Below, in pieces: positions 63,784-64,000 of a stretch of 64,000 nt of DNA. A program made the translations under genes and the position numbers. The stretch comes from Octopus bimaculoides (lineage: Eukaryota). The stretch's first letter is position 1. Each line of letters opens with the position of its first letter. Under the pieces are notes generated by a model. It had not been told where the DNA came from, searched no databases, and saw only the letters and a program-made list of their open reading frames with translations. The stretch lies in NCBI RefSeq assembly GCF_001194135.2, contig NC_069001.1:23785746-23849745 (forward strand), written 5' to 3'.

Positions 63784-63921
63784 GGGCTTCTTTCAGTTTC
63801 CGTCTACCAAATCCACTCATAAGACTTTGCTTGGCCCAGAGTTATAGTAGAAGATACTTGCCCAAGGTGCCATGCATTGGACTGAACCTGAAACCATGAG
63901 GTTGGCAAGTAAGCTTCTTAC
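63784..63921 (-). mobile_element. SINE family A 5' half
   Basis: gggcttctttcagtttccgtctaccaaatccactc, gcccaaggtgccatgc. Confidence 0.85.
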
Positions 63922-64000
63922 TGCAAAACTAAGCTTGCACTTCTGTACTTTGTGTCTCCTAATTTCTCTCACATCCTTGCATTGATCACTTCACACTTGC

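Overview
AT-rich, gap-containing eukaryotic scaffold DNA, essentially all repeat-derived. From memory, the repeat families match coleoid cephalopods, most likely Octopus: tRNA/CORE-type and Nin-type SINEs and an RTE-tailed (CAT/GAT)n SINE. I cannot support any intact host protein-coding gene; nearly all listed ORFs are microsatellite, N-gap or transposon read-throughs. Recognisable content: (i) dozens of SINE copies in about six families, which I label A-F; (ii) decayed LINE fragments (Tx1/L1-like, HERO-like, two R4/Dong-like, RTE); (iii) DNA transposon relics (two mariners, a TRT/DD37E-like Tc1, Tigger, piggyBac-like and other MITEs, a Helentron-type HINE); (iv) a near-full-length but frameshifted Ty3/Gypsy at about 44.9-49.5 kb and a second, deleted Gypsy at 59.2-60.5 kb. 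The most unusual structures are local fold-back or template-switch rearrangements: a mariner built from two 5' ends, a 367-bp about 98%-identical inverted duplication of a dead TRT fused to a young SINE, an LTR flanked by both a PPT and a PBS, and a 150-bp templated insertion inside a SINE. There is also a speculative chain of three frame-compatible mini-exons at 58.6-62.9 kb. I found no well-supported novel biological system. Family names come from motif recall, not database searches, and the boundaries of decayed repeats are approximate.
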